Part shown: positions 1 to 11,327 of the stretch, piece after piece
How the letters are laid out: each line of letters begins with the position of its first letter
Position numbering within the stretch: the first letter of the stretch is position 1
NCBI GenBank assembly: GCA_030295235.1
Contig: AP026124.1
Location: 1,798,001-1,862,000 of the forward strand
Reading direction: 5' to 3'
DNA: 64,000 nucleotides
From: Fistulifera solaris
Lineage: Eukaryota
Notes under the pieces: generated by a model
What the model was told of the DNA's origin: nothing
What the model saw: the letters and a program-made list of their open reading frames with translations, nothing else
The model's database searches: none
Translations under genes and position numbers: made by a program

Positions 1-1032
1 AGAGAAGCTGGTATGGTTTTCGCGCACTTGAACGACGAAAACAACGAGACGAAAAGTATCATATCCTCGTTGTCGTCCGTAGCAAAGACGGTGAGTTGAT
101 TTATGAAAGTTAACTTTGTGGCGCAAACATATCCTTATCGATTTGTTTTCTTGTTTTAGATCGATCCTTATCGTTTGCTGGAAGCTCACTTGGCTTGTCT
201 CACGCAATCGTTTGACGGCTGGCTCAGCGCGGAACCTGAAGAGCCTGAAAGCGATCGACCCTCGGAGGAAGAGATGGAATCATACGACGAGGCATGTGCG
301 AGTCATCGAACAATGTTCAAGAATCTCGATGAATTATCGAGGCGTCTATCTGCATCGCTAGGCAAAGCAAAACTTAGCAAAACAATGATTTTAGCTTTAC
401 GTGGTTTTTTCCGCGCGGGAGTCGAATACGCTTTCTTAGCCGAAGATCCTTTCAATGAGGGCGAAGAGGTCGTTGGAATGCGTCTTGCGTTTCTTCGAAT
501 CATTGCAAAGTAAGTTTTGCATCTTGGATGTTCTCTCCTCCTTCTTTCTTGGCTCTCATCCTTTTTATATGCATCTTTCAGATATCTGAGCCACATCAAG
601 GGTGACAGCGACGGGAAAAAGAGATTGCTCCATGACTTGAATGCTCGCGAGGAAGAACTACGTCAGCACCCTGACTTTGACCAGATATTGGACGAGGATC
701 GCGAAGCGCTCTCCGCATTTCGAAAAGCAGCCGGATTCAAGTCCATTCGACTTGACACTCAGGATACTAAAGATGGAGAAAGTGACAGCGAACGTGACAC
801 AATGGACGATCGCAGCGAAGAGAAGGAATTAGATTCACATGGTGCATCTCTTAGGAAGAGCGGCCAGGCTGCTGCGGACAGCCCCTTGTCGAAGCAATCC
901 TTCCATAGTCAGTCATCTCGCTCTTATTCCATGCACGAAGAAGAGAGTGTAACTCAGCATGAGGAGTCGCTGACACCTCGTGGACTTCGACAAAGAGCCG
1001 CCACCGACGATTCGATGAGCGATTCACTTTAG
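1..1032 (+). CDS. 3' part of an intron-containing gene, possibly cohesin SCC3/STAG-like HEAT protein
   Basis: Frame open from base 1; GT-AG introns 91..159 and 510..581 join REAGMVFAHL..AKT/IDPYRLLEAHL..IIAK/YLSHIK to an acidic, Ser-rich tail. Family guess is from general resemblance only. Confidence 0.4.
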
Positions 1033-1100
1033 GCCCCAGCTTATGTCGATAGAAAGTCTTATTTTGGTATTGGAGTAGTTATCTGAACATTTTTATTAAT

Positions 1101-2242
1101 TTATTTCACGTAAACGTCCCAGCGACATACCGGTCCGTCCAAACCGTACATAGGATTTGGAAGTGCATAGGAATGAGCGGATGATGATTCTCGTCCAAGT
1201 TCAGGAGCATTCTTGGGACGTTTGACCACTACTCGCTGTCGAGTAGCTTCCAACGACAACAGCAGTAGCTCATGTTCCTGTTTCAAGCGCTCACCTAGTT
1301 CTACATCTTGACACCCCAGCAGCTTATGCAGTATTTGCATATTTTTCTTCACCGATGCGCTCTTCTTTCTTTAAAACCATTCCGAATGAGAGTACATCAC
1401 CCTTGCTGGAACATGACATTTCCGTTCACTTACCTCTCAGGAAACATTGGGTCGAGATATATTATCTCAGGACGGCTTTCGATATCAGCTGTCAACACTG
1501 CCTTGGCTACGTTGAGTCCATCATCGTGTATCAAGTGCAGCCTATTCGCCAAATCAAACGCTTCCCTACGAATTGAATCACGGATGCAACTTGCTTCCGA
1601 TAAAAGAACAAGGCGACGCAGAGCATCTTTCAATAAGCAGGCCACAATTGGATTGCGTTCCACCATATAGACTTGCCTTGCTCCGATTTTCGCCATCAAA
1701 AGAGAATCTTGTCCGAATCCGGCCGTCAAGTCATAAATCGTCACGTCTGACATACATCGATTCGGCAAACCAACGGCCTTGATCAGTAAGTCGCGCCCCG
1801 ATTCCCCCGAGGCTCGTTTCCCCAATCGACTTTTCACCGGGGGAAACAAATCGACAAAGAATGGATTCATGTTTATTTTTGGCTTGTTATTCTTTCCGTT
1901 ACGATCCAAGGTCGCGATAGCGAGAGCATAGTCTTGAAAGTGGTCGTACTGATACGGCACCCACGTCAAGAAGTGAGTGTAGACGCACTCATTTTGCGAC
2001 AAAAGTTCTTCTTTGGAAAATTTTGTTAAGTTCAGGTATGAAGCAAGAGTTGTGGTGATTATACCGGAAGTGCCGAAATCACTTTCCAAAAGACAACAAG
2101 CACTGGATGCAAATAAACAGACTGATGATGGTGACAGTCTCAAAGTCTCATAAGGTTGAAGGATAAAACCGTAGCTTTCCTTCCGTAACGACAGAATTAA
2201 TAAAACAATTATTATCTTCACTGACTTGCTGGATTGCTGCAT
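1101..2242 (-). CDS. rsmJ: RsmJ-like SAM-dependent 16S rRNA m2G methyltransferase, probably organelle-targeted
   Basis: Motifs YDLTAGFGQDS, VERNPIVACLLKDAL, IYLDPMFPER, KSASVKKNMQ, RVVVKRP; intron 1369..1433 joins the two ORFs; N-terminal hydrophobic signal followed by SYG-F. Confidence 0.8.
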
Positions 2243-2947
2243 TGCGGTTTCATTATGAAATAGGACTTAGGTACCGGTGGTGGGTAGTGGGTGATGTGAA
2301 TGAGGGTGGTAAATCTTTCCTTGAGGAAACATGTTTTGTGTCATACAAGCACTGAAGTAGTTTCATAGACTAGTAGTTGAGAGCCGATCAGATGTCATGC
2401 CGCGAATGACAGGATGATTTTGAGAACCGAAATGTTGCGAGTCAGGCACGATATATATACCAATCGACGCTAAATAAAAAAAGGAACAATATGTGTGTTG
2501 ATCGTGCCTGACTAAAGCAGTCTGCAAGTGTTATTAGCAATGTAATGATAGGATCGGCATTCTCGAAAACAACACGAGATTTGTCGCGATAGGAGTAGGG
2601 CGGTGGAGTAGTCGGACCGTGACTCAACTCCGTTGTGGTAGGCTTCTGCGGAGCCTACATGAAGTCTGGGCCATTGTGCAAACAGCTGTACCAGTACTGT
2701 ACCAGGTACTACGTAAATGGAAATGGGCGGAAACTGGGCGGAAATACGAAAGTACAAAGGAGATAGCATGCACAAGAGGACGAGAAAAATACAACGATGA
2801 AGTTTATAATACTACGTTGCGTTTCGACTTGAAAATATCTGAGCTTGCTAATTTTTATGTTAATATTCAATCGATAGGAAGAAAAGCATCTGTTTGCTTG
2901 CATGTGATTAATCGAGATTTGCAGATGCATTTGCACCGAATTAAAAC

Positions 2948-4486
2948 ATGATCAATAAACTACTTCGTCGTAACCCCAAGCAATCTTCGTCACTTCATGA
3001 CAGTGATGATGCGTGGGATTCGGATCCGAGCGATAGTGAAAGTGATTTTTCCGGAGACGACAGCTATGACAGTGAAATCGCGTCGTCACCACTACATTTG
3101 AAATCGTCTCTCATGAGACGACGAATTCCCGAACGTACTACAACCAAAGATGTCAGTACGGGGAATTCGATTCCGCCAACCAGAGGTGCGCGACGAAGAA
3201 GAGTTTGGGTGAACCGAGGAAAAGATTGTGCTTTATTACTGGGGTGTTTTGCGACCTATGTGTTGTGCTTCAGCATATTGCTTTGGCTCGCGGCCTTATG
3301 TTTCATTTACGTGAGAAATACCTTTGGCCCTCACGATCGAGATCACCGCCAAAAATCGATGGCTCGTCGAAGACCTACTTCTGTGCACATCCGGCAAAAA
3401 GATCCTGGAATATTAGATCATCTTTCGAATTCTATAGCTCATACATGGAACGAAATGACCAAACCAATCCACCCACCGCCGAGAAAACGAATCAAAGGAT
3501 CCGAAGAGTTGGCTGAAGGATGCGTTCGACCCGAATGGCAAGAGCGCGCTTTTCCAAATTGCAATGAGATGCACGAAATTGATCTGTTGTCAACTTTGAT
3601 ACGTAGCGAGACTGAAGATACCGCAACGGATGGCATAGGATTTCTTGACAGTGGGCTTTGGAGGTCTGTATGGGCGGTAGATCCACGTCCCGTCATGCGG
3701 ACACCGGTTGTCTTGAAAATGATGAAACAAAAGCATGCCGTCGATGAGCGGAATTTCGACCGACATCGCAGAGATGCACTCGTCATGGAGCAACTGACGT
3801 ATTCCCCCAATGTTGTTGATATTTACAGTTATTGTGGAAACAGCGTGCTGACAGAATTCATTCCAGTGCCTTTAGATGCACTTATCGGTGCCGAGGAAAA
3901 AATTGATACATCTAAAACTGGAGGATTAAGTAGAGATTCTCCTGATGGAAGGTTACGACTGGCATTGGATGTTGCCAGGGGAATGAAAGCGTTGCACGAG
4001 ATTCCAGGAGGACCAATTATTCACGCCGACATACAGCCTCGGCAATTTCTTGTTTCTTCTAATGGAGTTTTAAAGGTCAATGACTTTAATCGATGTCGGT
4101 TTATGGGTCAAGATGCCAGAGGTATACCTTGCAAGCTGATGATCCCATCGGCACCCGGCAAGGCAAGATCACCGGAAGAATACGAAGGCGAGCAACTAGA
4201 CGAAAAACTAGACATTTATTCAATCGCCAATGTTTATTTCGAAATTCTAACCGGTGTGAATCCTTGGCGAACAAAAACAGCAGATGAGACACAGAGATTA
4301 GTGAAACAGGGTGTCAAACCTCTAATTCGTGATGAGTTCCGAAAGCCTGGAACCTCAGACGAATTTTTAGCTGATTTAACATTGAAGGCTTACTCGATGT
4401 TACCAATCGATCGGCCTAGTGCAGCTCAGCTTGTCGACGCAATAGAGAATTATTTGAGCGACAAAAGACGAAGACCGAAGACCTAG
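2948..4486 (+). CDS. Single-pass membrane protein kinase-like protein
   Basis: 512 aa; TM segment around aa 95-122; kinase motifs SGLWRSVW, VVLK, IIHADIQPRQF, NDFN, RSPEE, DIYS. Confidence 0.85.
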   Translation: MINKLLRRNPKQSSSLHDSDDAWDSDPSDSESDFSGDDSYDSEIASSPLHLKSSLMRRRIPERTTTKDVSTGNSIPPTRGARRRRVWVNRGKDCALLLGCFATYVLCFSILLWLAALCFIYVRNTFGPHDRDHRQKSMARRRPTSVHIRQKDPGILDHLSNSIAHTWNEMTKPIHPPPRKRIKGSEELAEGCVRPEWQERAFPNCNEMHEIDLLSTLIRSETEDTATDGIGFLDSGLWRSVWAVDPRPVMRTPVVLKMMKQKHAVDERNFDRHRRDALVMEQLTYSPNVVDIYSYCGNSVLTEFIPVPLDALIGAEEKIDTSKTGGLSRDSPDGRLRLALDVARGMKALHEIPGGPIIHADIQPRQFLVSSNGVLKVNDFNRCRFMGQDARGIPCKLMIPSAPGKARSPEEYEGEQLDEKLDIYSIANVYFEILTGVNPWRTKTADETQRLVKQGVKPLIRDEFRKPGTSDEFLADLTLKAYSMLPIDRPSAAQLVDAIENYLSDKRRRPKT

Positions 4487-4632
4487 CGATGGTCTAACCG
4501 TCATCCGTTCCCTCAATTATTTTCTCGTGCCCTCAAAATAATAAACAATCCCTCGTTACTTCTTCATAAGCTAGAAATACAGCTAAGCTGAATACACGTC
4601 TCTCTCCTTTACGGGATCTAAAAGCGTTTTAC

Positions 4633-6591
4633 ATGTTTCAAGTAGGAAGATACGATCCAAACAAGCGAGAAAGGCCTCGGGCTGCGGAACCAAAGCTTTC
4701 GCACACGGATAACAACGACAAAAAGCGTCCACACGACGAGTCAAAGAAGCATGCAAGAGGATTACGGGTGATTGCACCCGATGAATCTGTTAACAATAAG
4801 AGGCAACGGCAAGTGGATAGCCTTGCAAAAAACCATGCGCCCGTACTTAGTGAAGCTATCGACGATCTCGATTTGCTTTTCGTTGATGGCGATGATGTAC
4901 GACCTGACGAAGATCAGGATATAATTACAGGCCACCAGCTTCTTAGTACTACAGCAAGTGAATTAGACAGCGCTCTCAAATGGTCGAAAAGACCTTTGAA
5001 AGAAGCTGCTACAGCTTTCAAAATGGCCCCATTTCTGATTGAGAAGTTACAAGCGAAGTATGAAAGATTCTTTGCAGTGCAAGCCTGGTCTATACTACAA
5101 GTTTTATGGCAGTTTTCTGCTTTGCAACAGCAGCTGGAATCGGATATCTGTATAACGGCACCAACTGGATCAGGGAAAACTCTGGCCTACGGATTACCAA
5201 TATTACATTCCTTAGCGTCGAGACCTCGTCCCAAACGACAATTGCGAACATTGATTGTGCTACCGAGCCGAGACCTTGCCCAGCAAGTGTACCAGGTGTT
5301 TCAAGATTACTGTGACACAGAGTCTAATCTTCGGGTTGGTCTGGCGATAGGACAGTCTAACTTTAAAGCGGAGCAAATTGCACTAACTGTTGACGTAGAT
5401 GCCAAGGAGGACATGGAAATGTTGAGACATCGGTTACAGTTTGAACCGGGGAATCTTGAGCTGGCTCTGGAAATTTTTCGTCGACCTGTTGAAGTCAAAC
5501 ATTCATTGTTGTCATCTTCAAAAAGTAATGTCGATATCCTTGTTTGTACGCCTGGTCGCTTGGTTGATCACCTGGACAGGACGCCTGGTTTCTCTTTGCA
5601 ATACTTGGAATTCCTTGTCGTGGACGAAGCAGACAGGTTGTTGAACCAACGTTACCATAACTGGATGGACCGAGTTTTCGAATCCGTTGAGAATCATTTG
5701 CAACTTCGTAAGTTCTTAGTATCAGCTACCATGACACGCGATCCACGAAAACTGGCCCCATTACGGCTGGTCAACCCAAAGCACTTTGACGGACACAACA
5801 ACACCCTCAACACTGATTTGGCAGAGAAGGATAAAATGTATTCTATGCCGGACTCACTGCAGGAATCCACCATTGAATGCACGGCCGAGCAGAAGCCCTT
5901 GGTCCTCCTGGCCTTATTACTTGAGATCCTTCCAGCAGAGACCAGTAAAAAACGGCATCTCGTTATTGTCTTCACATCGAGCGTCGATTCAACTCATCGA
6001 CTAACGCGCTTGCTCCAACTACTCTGGACTACCGTTGGTCGATCACCGAGCGCTGTCGTGGAATTTTCTAGTGCTGCGAAAGGTCCTGACCGGGCTAAGC
6101 TGCTGCAACATTGCAATGAAGATGCGTCGATACAAGTACTAGTTTGTTCGGACGGTTTGTCACGTGGTATGGATATCAAAGATGTTGGTACTGTAATTCA
6201 TTACGATGTTCCGTCCTTGGCGAAGACGTATGTGCACCGCTGTGGAAGAACTGCGAGAGCTGGGCAAAGTGGGTCGGCCATTTCTCTTTTGAAAGGACAA
6301 GGACAAGCCGGACAGTTTTGGAATTTGCGAAGGAAGCTAGTGCAAGGCGCAGACCGAGTTGTGAAGAACCGAAGCCTCCAGAAACATCTTGTACGTAACG
6401 TTCCTTATCAGCAATGCCTCAGCGCTCTTAAGGAAGTGTTACAAGCCGAAGACGACGGCGAGATTCGGCCTCACGAACTCCTTGGGGAGGAATACTATCC
6501 TCGGTCCGTGGGCGTCGCTCGAGCGACACCAACAGCCCATCAAAGTGAAAAGTCCACCAGTGGGTCGGATGTTGATAGCGATAGCGATTGA
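4633..6591 (+). CDS. DDX51: DEAD-box RNA helicase DDX51/Dbp6
   Basis: APTGSGKTLAY, PSRDLA, TPGRLVDH, DEADRLL, SAT, SRGMD, YVHRCGRTARAG; FAVQ Q-motif. Confidence 0.9.
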   Translation: MFQVGRYDPNKRERPRAAEPKLSHTDNNDKKRPHDESKKHARGLRVIAPDESVNNKRQRQVDSLAKNHAPVLSEAIDDLDLLFVDGDDVRPDEDQDIITGHQLLSTTASELDSALKWSKRPLKEAATAFKMAPFLIEKLQAKYERFFAVQAWSILQVLWQFSALQQQLESDICITAPTGSGKTLAYGLPILHSLASRPRPKRQLRTLIVLPSRDLAQQVYQVFQDYCDTESNLRVGLAIGQSNFKAEQIALTVDVDAKEDMEMLRHRLQFEPGNLELALEIFRRPVEVKHSLLSSSKSNVDILVCTPGRLVDHLDRTPGFSLQYLEFLVVDEADRLLNQRYHNWMDRVFESVENHLQLRKFLVSATMTRDPRKLAPLRLVNPKHFDGHNNTLNTDLAEKDKMYSMPDSLQESTIECTAEQKPLVLLALLLEILPAETSKKRHLVIVFTSSVDSTHRLTRLLQLLWTTVGRSPSAVVEFSSAAKGPDRAKLLQHCNEDASIQVLVCSDGLSRGMDIKDVGTVIHYDVPSLAKTYVHRCGRTARAGQSGSAISLLKGQGQAGQFWNLRRKLVQGADRVVKNRSLQKHLVRNVPYQQCLSALKEVLQAEDDGEIRPHELLGEEYYPRSVGVARATPTAHQSEKSTSGSDVDSDSD

Positions 6592-6637
6592 AATCAGCTA
6601 CTACAGAAAATTTAACTTTCAATGGAGTATTTATTGT

Positions 6638-7678
6638 TTAGGCCGATGTGACAGCATAGACACGGATCTTGTTGTCCGTGTAACCAGCAAAGAGGGTCGA
6701 GCCATCTGCCGACCAAGCAAGGCACGTGCAAGCCGGAATTTTGCCATTTTCGGTTTCCTCCGGGCGCAAGGTATCGACGACGACCTTGGATTCCAGATCC
6801 CAGATCTTAATCGAGTCATCGGTGGCGGCGCACAACCAATATCGGTTTGGTGAGAACACCAGTCCGTGAATAATTTCACCGGCATCGAGAGAGTACAAGC
6901 GCTTGCCCTCGTTGAGGTCCCAAAGCATGGCGGTATTGTCCTTTCCTCCACTGGCAGCCAAGGAACCATCCGGGGAAACACAGACGGTATTCAAGTATCC
7001 GGTGTGTCCAACAAGGTCGTTGCGGAGTTCACAGTTAGTGAGGTTCCAGACCTTGACAAGGCGATCCCAACCAGCCGAGACAATAAGAGGGACCGATTGC
7101 GAAGGAGAGAAGCGTACGCAAGATACCCACTCACTGTGGCCCTTGGAGTCTCCGCTGATAGTGTACTTGCATTCACCGAGAGTGTTCCAGAGACGGATGG
7201 TTTTGTCACGAGAGCCTGAGGGGAGAATATAGAAAAAACAGGTTAGAACAACTTGTATTCGATGGTGTGATACATCCGTTCGTTCGTAACGCTTCAAAGG
7301 GGACATACCGGATACAATCTGACGGTTGTCTACCGAGAAAGCGACCGACAAGACATCCTTCTCGTGTCCTACAAATCGGCGAGTCGTCTTTCCTGTGCTA
7401 ATATCCCACAATCGCAATTCCGCGTCCCAACTGGCACTGAGAGCGAAAGCTCCGTCCGAAGAGAGCACAACATCCGACACGAAGTAGTTGTGTCCACGAA
7501 GGGCTCGGCGAGCATAGCCGTACTCTTCACTGCTGTGGGTCAAGTGCCACACAACAATGGACTTGTCTCGTGAGGACGAAACCAAGAGGTTGGGATCTTC
7601 CGGAGTGGTGGCAAGGCTGGTAACCCAGTCTCCGTGAGTGGCAAGAACGCCGCGCAGAACCAAAGTATCAGATGACAT
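6638..7678 (-). CDS. RACK1: RACK1 (G-beta-like WD40 ribosomal protein)
   Basis: Typical RACK1 sequence ([39 protein letters not shown]); 93-nt intron 7216..7308 is read through in frame in the ORF track. Confidence 0.97.
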   Translation of the reverse strand: MSSDTLVLRGVLATHGDWVTSLATTPEDPNLLVSSSRDKSIVVWHLTHSSEEYGYARRALRGHNYFVSDVVLSSDGAFALSASWDAELRLWDISTGKTTRRFVGHEKDVLSVAFSVDNRQIVSGMSPLKRYERTDVSHHRIQVVLTCFFYILPSGSRDKTIRLWNTLGECKYTISGDSKGHSEWVSCVRFSPSQSVPLIVSAGWDRLVKVWNLTNCELRNDLVGHTGYLNTVCVSPDGSLAASGGKDNTAMLWDLNEGKRLYSLDAGEIIHGLVFSPNRYWLCAATDDSIKIWDLESKVVVDTLRPEETENGKIPACTCLAWSADGSTLFAGYTDNKIRVYAVTSA

Positions 7679-7927
7679 TGCTAGATGATAATTTGAAGGA
7701 ATTTATTATTGCAATTCTCTGGGTTTCGTGATGGCGGACGTCGATGCAAACAACGTTCACTTCACTTGGACGAGAAACGCTCGTTGCGCGGTCCACCGCG
7801 TACACACAATTTTTTACTTCTTCTCGATTTACTAAACCGTCTGACGCGCGCTTAGCGGATACTGGAAGGGAATGAGGTACAATAATACATTTTCTGTACA
7901 TAAATTGGCGGCTGTTGCTGAACACAA

Positions 7928-8019
7928 CTCTCGATAGCTCAGTTGGCAGAGCGGCAGACTGTAGAAGGACTCACTATGCATTAATCTGTAGGTCACTGGT
8001 TCGATTCCAGTTCGAGAGA
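7928..8019 (+). tRNA. trnY-GTA: tRNA-Tyr(GTA) with 19-nt intron (7965..7983)
   Basis: Acceptor stem CTCTCGA/TCGAGAG, D arm TAGCTCAGTTGGCAGAGC, anticodon stem GCAGA-CTGTAG..A-TCTGT, T arm CTGGTTCGATTCCAG; 73 nt after intron removal; downstream T-runs. Confidence 0.96.
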
Positions 8020-8196
8020 TTGTTTTTGCTTTTTCCTGACTTTATCCAGGACACCTTTTTCCGCAACCACGTTCAATTTTCTTTTGTACAAGATGCTCTT
8101 GCAATTGCGGCACATTACCAGGTACTTGGTTTAATATAAAATTTCACTCAAACAACATGTCAGCTCTAGAAGAAGAAAAGACGAAGCCTGCTTCGA

Positions 8197-9585
8197 ATGC
8201 AGAAAAAGAGAGAGACGGGAGAGAAACAGGTCCGCTTTTCCGAGAACGCAAAAACCGACCCATCATCGAAACAACCGTATTCCAGGAGAATCGTAGTTGC
8301 TGGTAAAGGAAAGGGAAACGGGAAACCTATCCGCGATATAGGGATCTTTATTGCAATATTTGTGGTGCTTATGTTCATAACACGAGATTTTGAAAAGTCG
8401 GTTGTCAACAATTCAGACGAAGATGACGATGCAATTGTTCCACAAGATCCGATTGCCAATAAGCTCAATAAACTTGCCAATGCATTCATCAAGTTGGCAC
8501 AGTCGGAGATGGATTCAAAGCCATTTCGAAAGGAGCCTTGTGATATATTCTTGCGGTTGGGAACTATTCCGAAAACAGGATATAGTCTATTTGCTGGAAG
8601 AAATTATACCCAGGATGAAATGATCCCCATTCCAGGCTTGGAGATCTCAAGATGGTTTCCAATTCGTGACGATCAAAGTCATAATTTGAATGTTGCGCCT
8701 CACGGATTTCTATTGAAGCACCATCCGCTACAGACTAACGTCCAGGGTATGCTCATGACGGAGACGGACATGACACAAAGTGTATCGGTTCGTGCTACGA
8801 GGGATATACGAGAAGGAGAAGAGCTTTTGTCGACTTTCATCAACATCCCGCAAAATTTTTGACAAGTCACTCGTTGGACCCTATACCGTCTCCAGAAGAC
8901 CATGAGATTGCTCGCGAGATTCGTACAGATGTTAAGCTTACCGGCAAGCGTCTGGTGCACGGACAGCGAAAGAAATCGGTGAAAATCAACCCCGCTCCAT
9001 TACTTGCAATGATGCAGCGATCGATGGAAAAAGTTCGGCCCCAAGTAGCGGCTCTATTGCATCATGAAACAGTGTACGAGTCACTACTGTACCATCACAA
9101 AGTCAACTCTGTATGCCCCAGCGACGTTGTTGTCGTGGACTCTACTTCTGTTCGGACAAGATATGCGGTAAGCAAGGGTGATAAACTCACGGTGATTCCT
9201 TTACAACGCGTGACTACAACGAAGGAAGAAGAAGAAAACCAACTCCCCAACTGGGCGTCGCACTGTATTTCAGTCAAAAATGAATCCCAGATCGAGTGGT
9301 ATTGTCCACTGACCATGTCGACCCAACATTTGATTACAGCGCCAGATAATTCGCCTCATAATGTGGAATTAAATTGGGTAGAACACGAAGGCTTGCATGC
9401 TCGAAATGATTTGTTTGCTTGGAAAATAGTTGCATTGCAGGATTTGCCCGCTGGAGCAGAGGTACGTAGCGACTGCCACTCTACGAGGAGCTCCGTTACA
9501 TCTTCTAGTCCTTAAACGCTCGTCTCTTTCCCATCTTCCACAGATCAACTTTTCAAAGGATTGGAAAGACGAAATGTTTGTGTGA
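8197..9585 (+). CDS. Type II membrane protein with two degenerate SET-like segments (frameshift near 8826, intron 9462..9543)
   Basis: TM IGIFIAIFVVLMFI; CDIFLRLGTIPKTGYSLFAG, VRATRDIREGEEL(F)VDF, IVALQDLPAGAE. Adding one T at 8825-8828 joins the two ORFs. Confidence 0.55.
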
Positions 9586-9708
9586 ATAGAGCATGTTTGA
9601 ATGCTTTTTCTGTGCCGTATAACATTGTAGGAGCAAATTTTGGAAAGGTATTATCAAAATTGTTTTCAAATTAATTAATATAGACAAATTTTTCCTTCTT
9701 CTCTCCTT

Positions 9709-11145
9709 CTAGCAAAATCGCTGTCGCCGAAAGCTAACCGTTTTCCCGGTTTTAGAAACCTTGCAATCGAATCGCGAGAACTGATACGGCAATACGTTAT
9801 CCAGATCTTTTCTCACGTAACCATCACGCTTGAAAGGTGGGTCGTCTACGGTCGGATTTGTTATAAATCGGGGTTGATGCTGGTTTTCTTCTTGATCCTC
9901 AAAGAGCGACTCAATCTGATTCTCTTCATCGTCGCTGTATTGACTATTGTAGAACGGATTTCCCCACGTCTCCCAATTATCACCACATTGACCATCGTCC
10001 GCTTCTCCGATGAGTATGTATTCCTGTACATTCTTTTCCCGAAACAATTTCGTCCAGTCCTCTCCCATTGGCATCCAACTGCAGAGCACGATCACTTGTT
10101 TGGAATGGCAATCCGATGCGTGGAAGTGCAGGGCTTCCTCCACAGAGAGGCCTTCCACCCAAGCTTTGGGAGAAATCTTCCAGCTCCCGTCGTCAGTCGC
10201 AATGATCCTCGGAGCGCGGAACTTTCGATGATTGCTCCGGCGAGGTTGTTGTGCAAAATATTCTTCCAGGGCTTTCGTCAGTAGCCCATCACCCGCTCCC
10301 ACATCCAACACAATGGTTTCTCCCGCAAACGACTGTACTCTCTGTCGCAAGTAATCGCCCAGCCGATTGACATATTCTTGCGTCCAAAGTTGATAGATAT
10401 CATGCAGTTCACAGAATGTATTCCACGGGCCATTCATCTTGACGAAGCCCCCTGAAACTTCCAAGAGATCCTCGAGAGACACATCGGCTACACTCTGGTT
10501 ACTATCGGGTACAATGGCGGTGATAACACCACCTCCACGCAATTGCAGAGTCCGTCCATTCAGTTTTTCTCGAACAATCCGATCCATGACATGAAACCGT
10601 TGATTTGTTTTATGCAAAGCCCAGTCGTGCATACCAAAAGCATCGAGGACTTGATCTGTCGTCGGTAAATTGCGTCGACTTTCTTTCTTCAAATCAAAAC
10701 GCGTCCCGTATTTGGCTTGCAGAAATTCCATCCGACACCATTTCAGTATTCGGTGGTGATATTGCCACTTTAACACATCGGACCATACTTCATTAGGAAC
10801 CAGCGAAGATCTTACGAAGGTTTCCAAGTTTTGTATGCGATCATCGGCCGTCCGTGACGAATTATGTTGTTGAAACCCGGAGGAATATCGCCAGATGGAG
10901 GTCTCTTGCTGCGCGTCGGACGCCATCATGTCGTACAATTCCAGGGAAATCAGTTTCTGTGCTACTGGAAGCAACAGCAAACTATCCAGCGCAGCGCTGT
11001 CACGAACGACACCTCTGCCCAATGTATAACGCCATTGAATGCCATTCCGTAGTAATGCCGGTCCTAACCAGCGATTGATGCGTTTGCTGAGAAGTGAAAG
11101 GACTACCATTCTATCCCAGCACTTTGTACGATGACACAACAGCAC
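9709..11145 (-). CDS. Hypothetical protein with class I SAM-methyltransferase-like motif
   Basis: 478-aa ORF; IVLDVGAGDGLL motif I, IIATDDGSW, VIVLCSWMP, YILIGE. Confidence 0.65.
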   Translation of the reverse strand: MLLCHRTKCWDRMVVLSLLSKRINRWLGPALLRNGIQWRYTLGRGVVRDSAALDSLLLLPVAQKLISLELYDMMASDAQQETSIWRYSSGFQQHNSSRTADDRIQNLETFVRSSLVPNEVWSDVLKWQYHHRILKWCRMEFLQAKYGTRFDLKKESRRNLPTTDQVLDAFGMHDWALHKTNQRFHVMDRIVREKLNGRTLQLRGGGVITAIVPDSNQSVADVSLEDLLEVSGGFVKMNGPWNTFCELHDIYQLWTQEYVNRLGDYLRQRVQSFAGETIVLDVGAGDGLLTKALEEYFAQQPRRSNHRKFRAPRIIATDDGSWKISPKAWVEGLSVEEALHFHASDCHSKQVIVLCSWMPMGEDWTKLFREKNVQEYILIGEADDGQCGDNWETWGNPFYNSQYSDDEENQIESLFEDQEENQHQPRFITNPTVDDPPFKRDGYVRKDLDNVLPYQFSRFDCKVSKTGKTVSFRRQRFC

Positions 11146-11327
11146 CCCGTTTGATGAAATGAATTGATGAATCGACGGTAAAACGAATAGAGGTAATAGT
11201 GTTTCAATAACGAGAGCCGTTTTTTCGCCTCGATGGGCATTACCTGGTATGCGGTATCCGGCGAAGAGTACACTGGTGACTCCCCAACTCGAATGCTATG
11301 CTGTCCTGGAAATGTTCAGAATGCATT

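Noticed and set aside
7216..7308. snoRNA in the RACK1 intron, as in yeast and vertebrates
   Set aside because: No RTGATGA or CTGA boxes on the sense strand, and too short for an H/ACA RNA.
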